DNA of 48,053 nucleotides from Candidatus Omnitrophota bacterium (GTDB lineage: Bacteria > Omnitrophota > Gorgyraeia > 1-14-0-20-64-10): assembly GCA_023248155.1 (NCBI GenBank), contig JAHFFE010000009.1, positions 1-48,053 on the forward strand, written 5' to 3'. How positions within the stretch are numbered: the first letter of the stretch is position 1; the number at the start of each line of letters is the position of its first letter. Position numbers and translations under genes: made by a program. Shown here piece by piece: positions 10,001-18,034 of the stretch. Under the pieces are notes generated by a model. The model was not told where the DNA came from. It made no database searches and worked only from the letters and a program-made list of their open reading frames with translations.

Positions 10001-13000
10001 TCTGGTCAGCCATAACACCGGAATGCTCACCCGGTTCAACACCACTACCTGGCAAAAAACCGGCGAGGTCTATGTCGGCTGGGGACCCCAGCGCGTTTCA
10101 TTCTCATCCGACGGCTCCAAAGCGCTGGTCACCACCTACTACAACGGAGAACTGGCCGTCGTCGATATCGCCTCATTCACCCGCACGCAGATTGTTACCG
10201 TCGGCGGAGGCGCCACGGAGATACTGGTCGACCACAACGGCCGCGAAATTTTGGTGACTGGCGGCGGAGGGGTCAGCGTGGTCGTGCTCGACGCCCCCGG
10301 CCCGGCCATCGCCCATGTCAACGGCAACCATTACATTCTTATTCTATCGATCGCGCCCGACGGGACCATCACCTACCGCGAACCCAACCAGGGCCCCAAC
10401 GGAACGACGCTCACCATGTCTGAAGCGCAATTCCGCAACATTTGGGACGGCGCCATTCTTTCAGCGCGCGCACCGCCCAAACCGTCGTCGGTCCTCTCCG
10501 TTCAAGAAGCCAAATCAATCACCGGCTCCTTCTTCCCGCTTCTCTTCCTCGCGTTCGCGGCCATCGCCTCCAGCATCGGCACCGCCATCGGAGCCGTGAT
10601 CGCAACAATCGCCGGCGTCTTATCAGCCGTTGCCGGAGTAATCGGCGCCGTCTTCAGCGCTATCGGCGGGTTCATCAGCGGCCTCGGAACATTCTTCTCA
10701 GGTTTCGGGTCGTTCTTCTCCGGATTTGGATTTCTTGGTCAAGGACTTGGCGCCATTTTCTCAGGACATATTCTCGCCGGGCTCTCAACCATCGGCGGCG
10801 CGCTGATGAGCACGATTATCCCCGGCGGACTGCTTCAACTTGGCATCAGCGTGGGAGTCAGCAAGGGACTGGAAGCGCTGGGTGTCAGTCCGATGATCTC
10901 CTCGCTGGCAGGCGCGTTTGTATCCGGCGGCATCGGAGGTATGCTTAATCCTGCACAAGGAATCAGCATGTTTACCAGCGCAGTCAGCGGAGCGCTTACT
11001 TCAACCGCTATTGCCGGTACGCAAATTGGCCTGACTTCCATCGGATTAGATCCTGCTCTGGCCTCCATCGCTTCCATTGGCGTAGGAGCAATCACGAGTA
11101 GTTTTACGGCTGGTGTTGCACAAATCAACAGTGCCGGAAATGTTGTCAACGATGCCGTTGGCAATCCAATTATTCTTCACGGTACACAGGCGCTGAGCCA
11201 AACTTTCAGAACATCACTGGCTCCTACCCTGGCCGGAGAACTTGGGTTTTATGGCATCCAGAAACTCGGTGAATCAATTGGGCTCGATCCGCGCATTTCC
11301 CAATTAGCCGGTATGCCAATTAAATCGGCCATCACAAATACTTTTAGTGCCGGATCAACTTCTCAATCAATCACACACGCTTTTGGGCAAGGACTAATCA
11401 ACGGAGCCGTTTCTATCGGACTGCAAACCGGCATTGACGCGGTTGGGTTAGACCCACTGGCCGGGGCACTCGCCAGCCGCGCGATCACCGGCGCGTTAGC
11501 CGGAGCGATTAATCCGAATAGAAATATTTTCGAAGGTATCGGCCGCGCGTACCAGGAAAGCGTCGGCAACTTCTCTCTGTTTCCAACACCGCCGGACCCC
11601 AAAGATCCACGGTTTACCACCACGCTAACCAACGGTCAGCGGGTTTGGAACCAGCAGGCATATAATCAAGCAATTGGCCAGTACGAGGCCTCCCGCCCGG
11701 TCTGGATGGCGCAATCAATCGCCAAAACCAACGACTTCGCGCAAGAAATCAGAACCAACGGATTCAGCACGGCTCTTGAGAATTACGCCACTTCCATCTT
11801 CCATCGCGATTCCGTCGAATCGCTCGTGCAATCGTTCGGGTCCATTAAAGCGGCCATTGAAGAAAAACTTCGCCCGGAAAATATCCACAATGTCACGCTC
11901 TCCGACGGAACCATCGCTAAAGAACTACTGCTTTCCGAGGAAGATATGCGCATCGCGCTTCTACTGGCAGGAGACCCCACCGCCGGCTATTCCCTTCTGG
12001 GTGTGACCGAAGATGATTTAGAGCAGCGCTACACCGATTACCGGGTCAATCGCCAAACGCATGAGGCCGGCATGGTCAGCGGCACCATCCGGAGAACCTA
12101 TCGCTCCACAGCCCCTGATGGAACTACCGTCACTGCACAGTTCCTGGAAGAAATCTCCGCCGGAGGGGTCACCAAGGTCACGGTCTACGGACAAGACGGC
12201 CAGCTTTACACCATCACCCCCAACAATTTTCAGGATGTGCGCCTCAACGCCGATGGAACAATTCGAGATGGATTAGTCACAACCATATCTGGAGACACAC
12301 TTAAGTTTAAGAACAATTTGCTCGCAGAAAGCCATTCCCGACAAAAAATCGATTTCCCAATAAATTCAACTGATCAGCTTATTCCAGAAACTGGACTTCT
12401 TACTTCCGACTTGCAAGATCTGTGGATCGAAATCAAAACTGCCACAGGACAGTTATCAACCATTTCTCTGGTGGAAGACAACCCTTCCTCAAACAGTTGG
12501 TCGAAAGTTCTTCTTAAGGATCTTCCAGGGGCAGAACAATACAGTAATGTATCAATGGCACTAAGGAATTCCACGCTCCGACAAAGAATCGAAGACCGCT
12601 TCGAACAATTGACGAACCTGCTGGGAGGCGTGGGCTGGTATACGGAGGAACAGTTACAAACCAGAAAAGAAAATTACCTAAGAATACTCTCTGAACTTGC
12701 ACAACAAGGTAGCCTTGATGGCTTAATTATTGCCTTTTCCGACCTATCTGATATTGGGCTTGCAGTTAAAGCAGGCGAGTTTATTACAGATCAAAATGAT
12801 ATAGACACAGTCATTGATCTATTGGGGAAATCTCCCGTTGGTGCAGTAACACAGGGAGTCATAGACAGAATATCCACCGGGAAACCATTTGAAATGTATC
12901 AACATATAGGATTAATCAAAGAACTAGAACTGTCTGATGGAACACGGCGCCTTTATGTCCTCGAAATTAATCCAGATGGCCTGGGGATACCACGCTTAAC

Positions 13001-13400
13001 GCCTTTAGAGCAGAAATTATATCCTTCTCCCTTGGCTAATTCCTATCAGAACATTGTGATCCTTCAAGCAAATGAAAGCGAGAAAGCAGCCAAAGCCGCA
13101 AGAAGTTTGGTTAACACTTATTTTATCAAGCACGATCTCGATAGTGCCCAAGCAGGCGAAGTAATATGGTCTATTCCAACAGCACCAAAATACGATTGGC
13201 TCCAAATAGCGGGTCTACCCAGAATACCCGGCGCAAACCGAGAAACTTGTGCCAGTTTTATTTTTCATGGGTTTGAGTTAGCAGGGTTAGTGCCACATAA
13301 TTTTCCTACAGATCTCTTATCCAGAGTTTCACCACAAGAAATTGTTGATAGTGGTAACAATTGGGGAAAAGACATTGCCAACTCAGACGGAAGCTGGTAG
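4071..13400 (+). CDS. Giant secreted multidomain protein, 3109 aa: YD/RHS-like repeats, lectin-like inserts, coiled coil, split C39-like domain, YVTN beta-propeller, glycine-zipper region, C-terminal permuted papain-like (YiiX/NlpC-P60) domain
   Basis: Signal peptide ending AQA; many YDxxGxL/xDG hairpin repeats; AFSPD/FSPNG/FSSDG propeller blades; AHVNGNHYILI...REPN...FRNIWDG C39-like half; YQHIGLI...YDW...ETCASF...VSPQEI C-terminal motif order. Confidence 0.9.
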   Translation: MKKEVLPDPRRKHGRWRFSFRFISAFTLFAFVLLQLGFIPAQAANNNLPDWLADEQDAWLNINQMDQLQKADAALITRLNALNAAQQQLTTQSADGVKALHLDGAVAVAKDAQGNALLLPEFNDQQQLQNGTLLLEDGTLQTITNGKVARQKDLFGNETIFLEDGRVNYEIAADGTRSDYSYQEGITRTTHSVTGDIVQQYDTQGNLTRVSYPDNRVLNYVSNYLASERTADGWTYSYTPAPQTDGTVVVDLTQAVSPAGLTCTLSNGQITAARLPDGTQLSNVTLTDSGTVFAANLLMPDGTRQTITAGSVNSVTLPDGRLLNYSNGFLSSIVQNGQPTALSYTTAAGGALATITAQDSTGTRKTYDSAGKLISITRADGTTEIFTGTNYSRWRYNDPFNVTVARDWTVSTKVAVAGGSLTLTGTGSNLNTNALYNKSIARTTAGEISFTVPFKVSISNSQSTLAVENGLAGTSYRRLELLHNGSQLVIRIWEGTRVTQKVVAVSSTTVNAWYNVKFSATTAGTSVTVWKEGAAVPAKPNFTWTWNTGTVRFHAWVKTGSLQLNSLSLETPAPARETLDLFARLRTPANNYAVTAPARKKEQSIYNADGTLKETTRTDGTRTRFDHGMPVEITDPDGKVTQITAEMSGTDLEGFSIARDGITRLYSTHGELSGLTLADKSELAFDGSSISGVTLADDTQVINGVYENNALVSGTVLYADGKKVRYAGKQIAEATLPDGTIIAYTNDKPVHLTLTSGENYRLRQNANSTWSAELEDSPALSQNDILITLNYSSDWQLLSADRVDNAHLVYSNGKLSTLTQADGLVISYAYDSAGRLLSTVAVSPDASQPSIRSEYAYDKIRKVYQVPGTNEVLVYSYSYEFTGSGDEITAIREETTGLIKRYLAGQLISQTDADGAVTAYEYTDNASGWNDPLADISLAYQTLPDGAKAVYQKIGANPVRQWKLTKFILSDGTEISDPNQSGYQSRADQAAIPTDRRSILRLERTGVLKRVPGLNLAPNTELSSSNFSIEDPPASRIARSTLTYQGQQRGEFTFQYEGDLTKITDDGGTTRVYNAANELLSVQTPDGQTWNYLTVTDIDGSTVRVADLTAVDHPDGARAEYSGSSLTRVYLPDGTSFKNLVWNDDGRLVSAVQVSIDGIETALPNPNGSAAQSWTIGADKTGSFVTVGHDGGDIVKHAQSFVLPGYGQRQTNSINLFVRADTLGSPAGGLRVKLFADSQESPSGDALAESVITNPTLGAWNQFQFGSNIQLTAGQRYWITVEYLGPTELSTAYRLGASFENSYADGSELNRYVSSQRWLAGSRALDLAFQLTASGQALSLEGIETQLAPYRMNGDTLTEQEFDGSGILLTQSRSDGQVTFFNARGQIETITDAEGRLQTEYIYTGAGDLAEVRMPGVLTQIAEEAALARADLESRSAQALQLLAEQRGVAAGQINQQIGSARAQLAVQESELIGQLNALDNTKASGKAGRRQKNNGMDQLRGGIQQVQSAQQTLDQQYAQMLGELDSQINQIRLQIDTETEKAFTQIQQSQTDAAKAMLKQIITPVVYTEFRRGLGRDPDAAEWSRIVDPIYDQMKDQPAAHLDLPAIRALIEQSADRQARVEEVLQIRAQVRDWFTNYLPSGIDPNSLSLRANEAISSLDLTPDDIVALSADEVEQILTYLDNSSLHFGQSAYLALKELLSHYTTEIPAHQLATEAIVIDILGGVITPKTEGDLELSLYALGKVGTLHNLPLIASKISFEELRGMTTLPGVKSTIAFANPNGMAYNAAGNTAYVTHFGNGTYRALSEVDLATNAILRTVVLPGQPEAYTGPIAASADGQWLAVGTVSYAGKPDQTVFLINAHTFEVAASFNGFGAVATVAFSPDNSTLYAADSFTRALTRVNLATQTKIGSLPLPNDFANPMLVFSPNGQTLYVGSESTGRLAVVNLANPSAPIQFISTGVAPRAMALHANGTDLYLVSHNTGMLTRFNTTTWQKTGEVYVGWGPQRVSFSSDGSKALVTTYYNGELAVVDIASFTRTQIVTVGGGATEILVDHNGREILVTGGGGVSVVVLDAPGPAIAHVNGNHYILILSIAPDGTITYREPNQGPNGTTLTMSEAQFRNIWDGAILSARAPPKPSSVLSVQEAKSITGSFFPLLFLAFAAIASSIGTAIGAVIATIAGVLSAVAGVIGAVFSAIGGFISGLGTFFSGFGSFFSGFGFLGQGLGAIFSGHILAGLSTIGGALMSTIIPGGLLQLGISVGVSKGLEALGVSPMISSLAGAFVSGGIGGMLNPAQGISMFTSAVSGALTSTAIAGTQIGLTSIGLDPALASIASIGVGAITSSFTAGVAQINSAGNVVNDAVGNPIILHGTQALSQTFRTSLAPTLAGELGFYGIQKLGESIGLDPRISQLAGMPIKSAITNTFSAGSTSQSITHAFGQGLINGAVSIGLQTGIDAVGLDPLAGALASRAITGALAGAINPNRNIFEGIGRAYQESVGNFSLFPTPPDPKDPRFTTTLTNGQRVWNQQAYNQAIGQYEASRPVWMAQSIAKTNDFAQEIRTNGFSTALENYATSIFHRDSVESLVQSFGSIKAAIEEKLRPENIHNVTLSDGTIAKELLLSEEDMRIALLLAGDPTAGYSLLGVTEDDLEQRYTDYRVNRQTHEAGMVSGTIRRTYRSTAPDGTTVTAQFLEEISAGGVTKVTVYGQDGQLYTITPNNFQDVRLNADGTIRDGLVTTISGDTLKFKNNLLAESHSRQKIDFPINSTDQLIPETGLLTSDLQDLWIEIKTATGQLSTISLVEDNPSSNSWSKVLLKDLPGAEQYSNVSMALRNSTLRQRIEDRFEQLTNLLGGVGWYTEEQLQTRKENYLRILSELAQQGSLDGLIIAFSDLSDIGLAVKAGEFITDQNDIDTVIDLLGKSPVGAVTQGVIDRISTGKPFEMYQHIGLIKELELSDGTRRLYVLEINPDGLGIPRLTPLEQKLYPSPLANSYQNIVILQANESEKAAKAARSLVNTYFIKHDLDSAQAGEVIWSIPTAPKYDWLQIAGLPRIPGANRETCASFIFHGFELAGLVPHNFPTDLLSRVSPQEIVDSGNNWGKDIANSDGSW
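6665..6677. repeat. Short palindrome GGTGCCAGGCACC inside the giant gene (encodes VPGT)
   Basis: 6-bp arms with a 1-nt centre; same arms as the 7099-7124 palindrome. Confidence 0.45.
7099..7124. repeat. Perfect 26-bp palindrome inside the giant gene
   Basis: GGGTGCCAGGTTTAAACCTGGCACCC equals its own reverse complement. Confidence 0.8.
7132..7164. repeat. REP-like hairpin inside the giant gene, paralog of 20476-20508
   Basis: AATTGTCAT-CCTCGA-N9-TCGAGG-ATC versus the intergenic AATTGTCAT-CCCCGA-N9-TCGGGG-ATC. Confidence 0.75.
9017..9043. repeat. REP/RPE-like element inside the giant gene
   Basis: GTCATTGCGAGCGAACGAAGCAATCTC, 27 nt, ATTGC/GCAAT stem, read in frame as SLRANEAI. Confidence 0.65.
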
Positions 13401-13410
13401 CGTAAAATAT

Positions 13411-14448
13411 ATGCTCAAATGGCTTTATAGAATTTTCTTGCTTGGGATTCTCGCCGGATCTTGCGGACTCTTTCTTTATAACGCCCTTGCGCAAACTCCA
13501 GATCAACCTCCAGACTCATTTACTATAGAAACCAATATCCAGGGAACTCTTGTTTTCAGTGCTTTCCGGAAACCTCATGGGCATACCATGAGGTTATGGG
13601 TCATAAAAGACCAAAACCTCTATGAGTTAGGACTCAATGGGGTACAACCAATCATATCTCGAGATAGTAAGACTCTGGTTTTTCAAAGTAACGGAGAATT
13701 ACAGCGATTCAGTTTTAAGTTGAGGAAAGGCGAAATTTTACCTATCTCAAAAATTACAACGCTATTTGATTATGATGTGTCACCTGACGGGAAAGAGATT
13801 TGTTTTGTCACTAGTGAAATCAGTCAATCCAAGGGTCTCTATGGATGCAATTTGCACATCGGAAATCTAAATGGCACAAATATTCGTTGTTTAACCCAAT
13901 TTTCTCCGACTGATACCGTTGGGGGTGTTAATAATCCAAAGTGGTCTCCAGCCGGAGATTCTATTTTATTTACTGCGTTTGATCCTACCGAGACTAAGGG
14001 GAAAAGGAACGTTCGATTATGGGTTATTAAGAAAGATGGAACGGGATTACGGAAGATTCATAATGAAATATCAAATTACAGTGTTAATGAGCCGGCCTGG
14101 TCTCCTGACGGAAAGAAAGTAGCTTTTGTAGAAAGGCCATCAAATCCACAGCAGGAAGGATACGACTATGAAGTTTATGTCTGTGATGCTGATGGTTCGA
14201 ATGTTAAACGCCTAACTAATAACGACTGGAATGAGCGCGAACCTGTTTTCTCTCCGGATGGAAAACAAATTTGCTTCGTATCCTACCGCCATCAAAAAGT
14301 CGGTATGGCTGGCTTTGGTTCAGAACTCTACCTGATTAATGCAGACGGAACCAACGAGCAGCGGCTTACTCCTCCAGAAAAAGTACCCGGTGCTTTAGGT
14401 GGCTGGGCGGAAGATCATAGTCCAACTTGGGGACCTTCAAGTGATTAG
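13411..14448 (+). CDS. Secreted TolB-like (PD40/WD40) beta-propeller protein
   Basis: Repeats VSPDGK, PKWSPAG, PAWSPDGKK, PVFSPDGKQ, PTWGP; signal peptide from ATG 13411. Confidence 0.85.
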   Translation: MLKWLYRIFLLGILAGSCGLFLYNALAQTPDQPPDSFTIETNIQGTLVFSAFRKPHGHTMRLWVIKDQNLYELGLNGVQPIISRDSKTLVFQSNGELQRFSFKLRKGEILPISKITTLFDYDVSPDGKEICFVTSEISQSKGLYGCNLHIGNLNGTNIRCLTQFSPTDTVGGVNNPKWSPAGDSILFTAFDPTETKGKRNVRLWVIKKDGTGLRKIHNEISNYSVNEPAWSPDGKKVAFVERPSNPQQEGYDYEVYVCDADGSNVKRLTNNDWNEREPVFSPDGKQICFVSYRHQKVGMAGFGSELYLINADGTNEQRLTPPEKVPGALGGWAEDHSPTWGPSSD

Positions 14449-15589
14449 ACCGCCAACGGTACCGGTTTACCGTTTTTTAATGGCTCTCTTTTTCCTGCTG
14501 GCTTCCATTCAAAATACGGTGTATGCCTTGGAGGATACGGCCGTTGCTGATACATATGATGCCCAATACACTGCTGGATTGGCTTACCTCAAACAGGATA
14601 GCGATGAGGACTTGGACAAAGCTATTATCCATTTTAAAAAAGCAGCAAATCTATCACCTGGCGATAGTGGCGCTTATATAAATCTCGGCGTGGCATACGG
14701 TCGTAAAGGACGAATTGAAGATGCGGTCATCGCTTTGCAACGATCACTCGAAATAGAATCAAACAATCCCAACGCTCTTTTAAACCTTGGGACAGTGTAT
14801 GAACAAGATGGCTGGTATAAGGCAGCGGAAGTTTGCTTCCGAGACGCGCAGACATTGGCTCCTAATGCACCTATTGTAAAAGATTTTTTTTCCAGGAAAA
14901 CGCTTGGGTCAGCCTCAAAAGAAGACACCAGCGTTAAAGCAGATACCTTGATTGAGCGGGGCACTAAATTCTTTATGGCCGGAAACTTTGAAAAAGCTCT
15001 CGGATTCTATAAAGAAGCTGCTGAAGTGAATCGTTCTTCGCCCGCTCCTCGCATCAACATTGGTAATACATACCTGAAAATGGATAGGCTTGACGAAGCT
15101 GGTCAAACCTATGAACTTGCGGTAAAACTCGCTCCGCGAAACGCACGTGTCCGATACTGTCTAGGCAACTACTATGTAGCAAAGAAACTCTGGAAAGAGG
15201 CGATTCGTGAGTTGGAGCGATCTGAAGTATTGGGATCCAGCCATGTTAGCCTTTACTCTGGTCTTGGAAGGGCCTATTTGCTTGAAAAAGAATTCCCGAA
15301 GGCGGAAGTAGCCTTAAACAAACTTCTTAAACTCGACCCTACCAATACTCAGGGATGGTACATGTTGGGTATTACTTATATTCAACTCAAAAATGGGTGG
15401 AAAGCGCGCGAGGCTTTTAAGAAATGCATAGAAAATGATCCGAAGTTCATCGCGGCCCATTATGAACTAGGATGGCTCTATGCAGGGTATGATCCATCCT
15501 ATGCCCGTAAAGAATTTGAAACGGTACTTCAATTGGATCCATCTCATGTGGAAGCTCGCAAGGAATTAGAAAAACTCAATCGGCGATAA
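14441..15589 (+). CDS. Secreted tetratricopeptide-repeat protein
   Basis: About ten TPR units (AYINLGVAY, ALLNLGTVY, GWYMLGITY, AHYELGWLY). Start GTG 14441 or ATG 14480. Confidence 0.85.
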   Translation: MIRPPTVPVYRFLMALFFLLASIQNTVYALEDTAVADTYDAQYTAGLAYLKQDSDEDLDKAIIHFKKAANLSPGDSGAYINLGVAYGRKGRIEDAVIALQRSLEIESNNPNALLNLGTVYEQDGWYKAAEVCFRDAQTLAPNAPIVKDFFSRKTLGSASKEDTSVKADTLIERGTKFFMAGNFEKALGFYKEAAEVNRSSPAPRINIGNTYLKMDRLDEAGQTYELAVKLAPRNARVRYCLGNYYVAKKLWKEAIRELERSEVLGSSHVSLYSGLGRAYLLEKEFPKAEVALNKLLKLDPTNTQGWYMLGITYIQLKNGWKAREAFKKCIENDPKFIAAHYELGWLYAGYDPSYARKEFETVLQLDPSHVEARKELEKLNRR

Positions 15590-15647
15590 TCTTATGCACA
15601 CCAACGGTACCAGGTTCCAAGAGTATAGGCAAAAAGGAGGATAGTTC

Positions 15648-17234
15648 TTGAAAATCCAGATTGCTTCCCTTCTACTAATAACTACTCTTCTCGCTGGCTG
15701 TGCCACGGTCAATTCAGTACGACCGGATGGTTCTGCTAATTTTGTAAAGCGGTCTGGTTTGTCCGATGATGTTAAAAATTTGTGGCTTACAGCAAAGATT
15801 ATTGATGCCAAAAGTGCTTTCAGCACAAAAGATCAGAAAGTTACCTGGTGGGCTGAGTTCCAGCCCATGTCTTTCGTTACACCACAGCAATTTTCAGCTC
15901 GGTGGTATGCTCCCGATGGCTCTCTCTTTACCGAAACCCAAGGCAGAACTTTCGATACCAACGCCATGTACGGCACCTGCTCTCTGCCTATTAGCGGTAG
16001 CCAAGCCGCGCACTACTCAGGGATATGGCGTGTGGATGTGTTTTGGCGTAACGCTAAGATCGATTCGCAGTCATTCTCCATCTCGGACCCAACACTCCAG
16101 AGCGATTCCTTGCCGGCTCCTTCGTCTGACTCACCAAAAGAAGAAGGACCATGGACAACCTATCTCGAATCCAATCAGGGATTACAAGTACGCTACCCAT
16201 CTTCCTGGTTCAGAAAAGAGCACTCCAACCCTCCTGTATATCAACTATTCTTATCAAGAGAGAAGGTTACCAAGCCGGGGGATATATTCCAGGTTGGGAT
16301 ATCTATCCTGCAGATTCAAAACGCCTCCGCACAACTTAACCTAAAAACAAGTGACCCTGTCACTGCAGCTTCACTTCTACTAGAGTCCTACATCAAAAAT
16401 TGCCCGGGTCTCATGAAAAAACACGCGGTCAACACACCAGTCCGCATTGGAAACTCCGAGGGTTATCTTTCTGATCTTGAAACACGAGATGCTCTCGGAA
16501 AAAATGTCCGCCTCTGGCTCGTTTACTTGCTGCAAGATGATGTTCTTACAAATCTAATTTTTGAGTGTCCGAGAGAAGAGTTTTCAAAATACGAACCTAT
16601 TTTTCGTCAATTTCTAGAGGAATCAAACATACCCGGCTCTACACAACATGCGTCTCTGGTTCAAGAGCCATTTCATTTAACACGAGAGGTGTCGGATGAA
16701 GATGTGCTCATCAAGGAACTCGATCTTTCCGTGAGTCGTCCTGCCAACTGGATCGTGCTTCAATTTGATGATCCTCACCATTTGGTGTCATTCTGCAAGC
16801 AAAATCCCCCAAGTCCAACAGAACCGGTGATCACAGCATCGCTTCTTGCTCGCATTAACAAATCTATACCTGACCTCGCCCGTGCAGTTATTATGGAAAA
16901 AGCTCGCCTTCTCAAGGGAAGCACACTCATACAGATAGGAAATACCAGACCTGAGAAAATTGGCGACTGGAAGGGCTTTAAGGAAACCTATGTTTTCTCC
17001 ATTGAGGGAACTTCTGTGGGGTTTGTGTATTTCTTCATCCCGACAAGAGATTTTCTCTATGTATTCACTTACTCAAATAAATTCGAATCCCTGAGTGAGT
17101 ATCTGGAGGTTTTCAATGCTGTTATTGAAAAATCTCGATTCGAAAACGAGAGAACTAAGCTTCCAGAAGGTTTGGTCAAAAGCATTACCGAAGCACAACT
17201 TCGGATTGCAACGGAGAAAAAGACCAGCGACTAA
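15648..17234 (+). CDS. Lipoprotein with an Ig-like N-terminal domain and two probable PsbP/Mog1p-like domains
   Basis: AGGAGG Shine-Dalgarno, TTG start, LLAG|C lipobox; WTTY...VRYPSSW and LSVSRPANW repeats. Confidence 0.75.
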   Translation: MKIQIASLLLITTLLAGCATVNSVRPDGSANFVKRSGLSDDVKNLWLTAKIIDAKSAFSTKDQKVTWWAEFQPMSFVTPQQFSARWYAPDGSLFTETQGRTFDTNAMYGTCSLPISGSQAAHYSGIWRVDVFWRNAKIDSQSFSISDPTLQSDSLPAPSSDSPKEEGPWTTYLESNQGLQVRYPSSWFRKEHSNPPVYQLFLSREKVTKPGDIFQVGISILQIQNASAQLNLKTSDPVTAASLLLESYIKNCPGLMKKHAVNTPVRIGNSEGYLSDLETRDALGKNVRLWLVYLLQDDVLTNLIFECPREEFSKYEPIFRQFLEESNIPGSTQHASLVQEPFHLTREVSDEDVLIKELDLSVSRPANWIVLQFDDPHHLVSFCKQNPPSPTEPVITASLLARINKSIPDLARAVIMEKARLLKGSTLIQIGNTRPEKIGDWKGFKETYVFSIEGTSVGFVYFFIPTRDFLYVFTYSNKFESLSEYLEVFNAVIEKSRFENERTKLPEGLVKSITEAQLRIATEKKTSD

Positions 17235-17326
17235 CGATGCCAAAGTACCAAAAAACGGTACCCTGCATTCGATACAGATCGAAATTTAAGCAGGCAAAAG
17301 AATACAATTCAAAAGAGGAGATCGTT

Positions 17327-18034
17327 ATGAAAGCTTGGCTGAAATTGACAGCAATGTTTTTTGGCATTGCGTTGTTATCCGGATGTTCAACGGGCTTAAC
17401 CCTGCCCCACGGTCCGGACATCTATTCCCTCTCCATGAAACCAAACGCCCCGAAGGTAGTGGTCGCCCGAGTAGCAGATAACCGTCAAGATAAACAGCAC
17501 CTTGGTTCCATCAGCGCGCTACAGGTACAAATGAAAGCGGACCCTACTGAATTAGTCGCCAAAGAAATGGTCGCGGCGCTGTACGATCAGGATGTGAATG
17601 GCGTATTGGGACGGGTTTCCGCGACCGATTCGCCAGACACACTGGCTGCAGCCGCGGCGGAAAACAATGCGGACGGTGTGTTGGTCGTTTCTATTCAAGC
17701 ACTCGCAATTGCCTCGTTCGACGCGCTGATGGACCCTCCGACAGCCACCGCAACGCTGACCGCTACTCTCTACGACAGCGCCGGCCAGAAACTCGACAGC
17801 GATTCCGCCATGGGACAGGTACAGCGACGAATTAATACTTTTGTGGCTGAGAAATCAACCGGTGAACTGCTCAATGAGGCAATCCGCGCGGCAACTCAAA
17901 AACTGGCCGCCAGCAGTATTATTAGCACCCTTAAAAATAAGGCGGCCGCACCAGAAACAGAGCCGGAAGCCGCTACTACAGAAACGCAAACGACAACCAC
18001 AACCGAAACAACCACGGAGGCCCCTGCTCAATGA
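17327..18034 (+). CDS. Lipoprotein (possibly YajG-like) with a Thr/Glu-rich tail
   Basis: GAGGAG Shine-Dalgarno before ATG 17327, LLSG|C lipobox, VVARVADNR motif. Confidence 0.75.
   Translation: MKAWLKLTAMFFGIALLSGCSTGLTLPHGPDIYSLSMKPNAPKVVVARVADNRQDKQHLGSISALQVQMKADPTELVAKEMVAALYDQDVNGVLGRVSATDSPDTLAAAAAENNADGVLVVSIQALAIASFDALMDPPTATATLTATLYDSAGQKLDSDSAMGQVQRRINTFVAEKSTGELLNEAIRAATQKLAASSIISTLKNKAAAPETEPEAATTETQTTTTTETTTEAPAQ

Noticed and set aside
4071-13400. Canonical RHS toxin call
   Set aside because: YD-like repeats are present, but I found no RHS core or PxxxxDPxG cleavage motif before the C-terminal domain
13411-14448. Housekeeping tolB
   Set aside because: Lacks the TolB N-terminal domain and there are no tolQRA or pal neighbours
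14453-17262. Integron attC sites between accessory genes
   Set aside because: No RYYYAAC...GTTRRRY ends with a long hairpin, and no integrase
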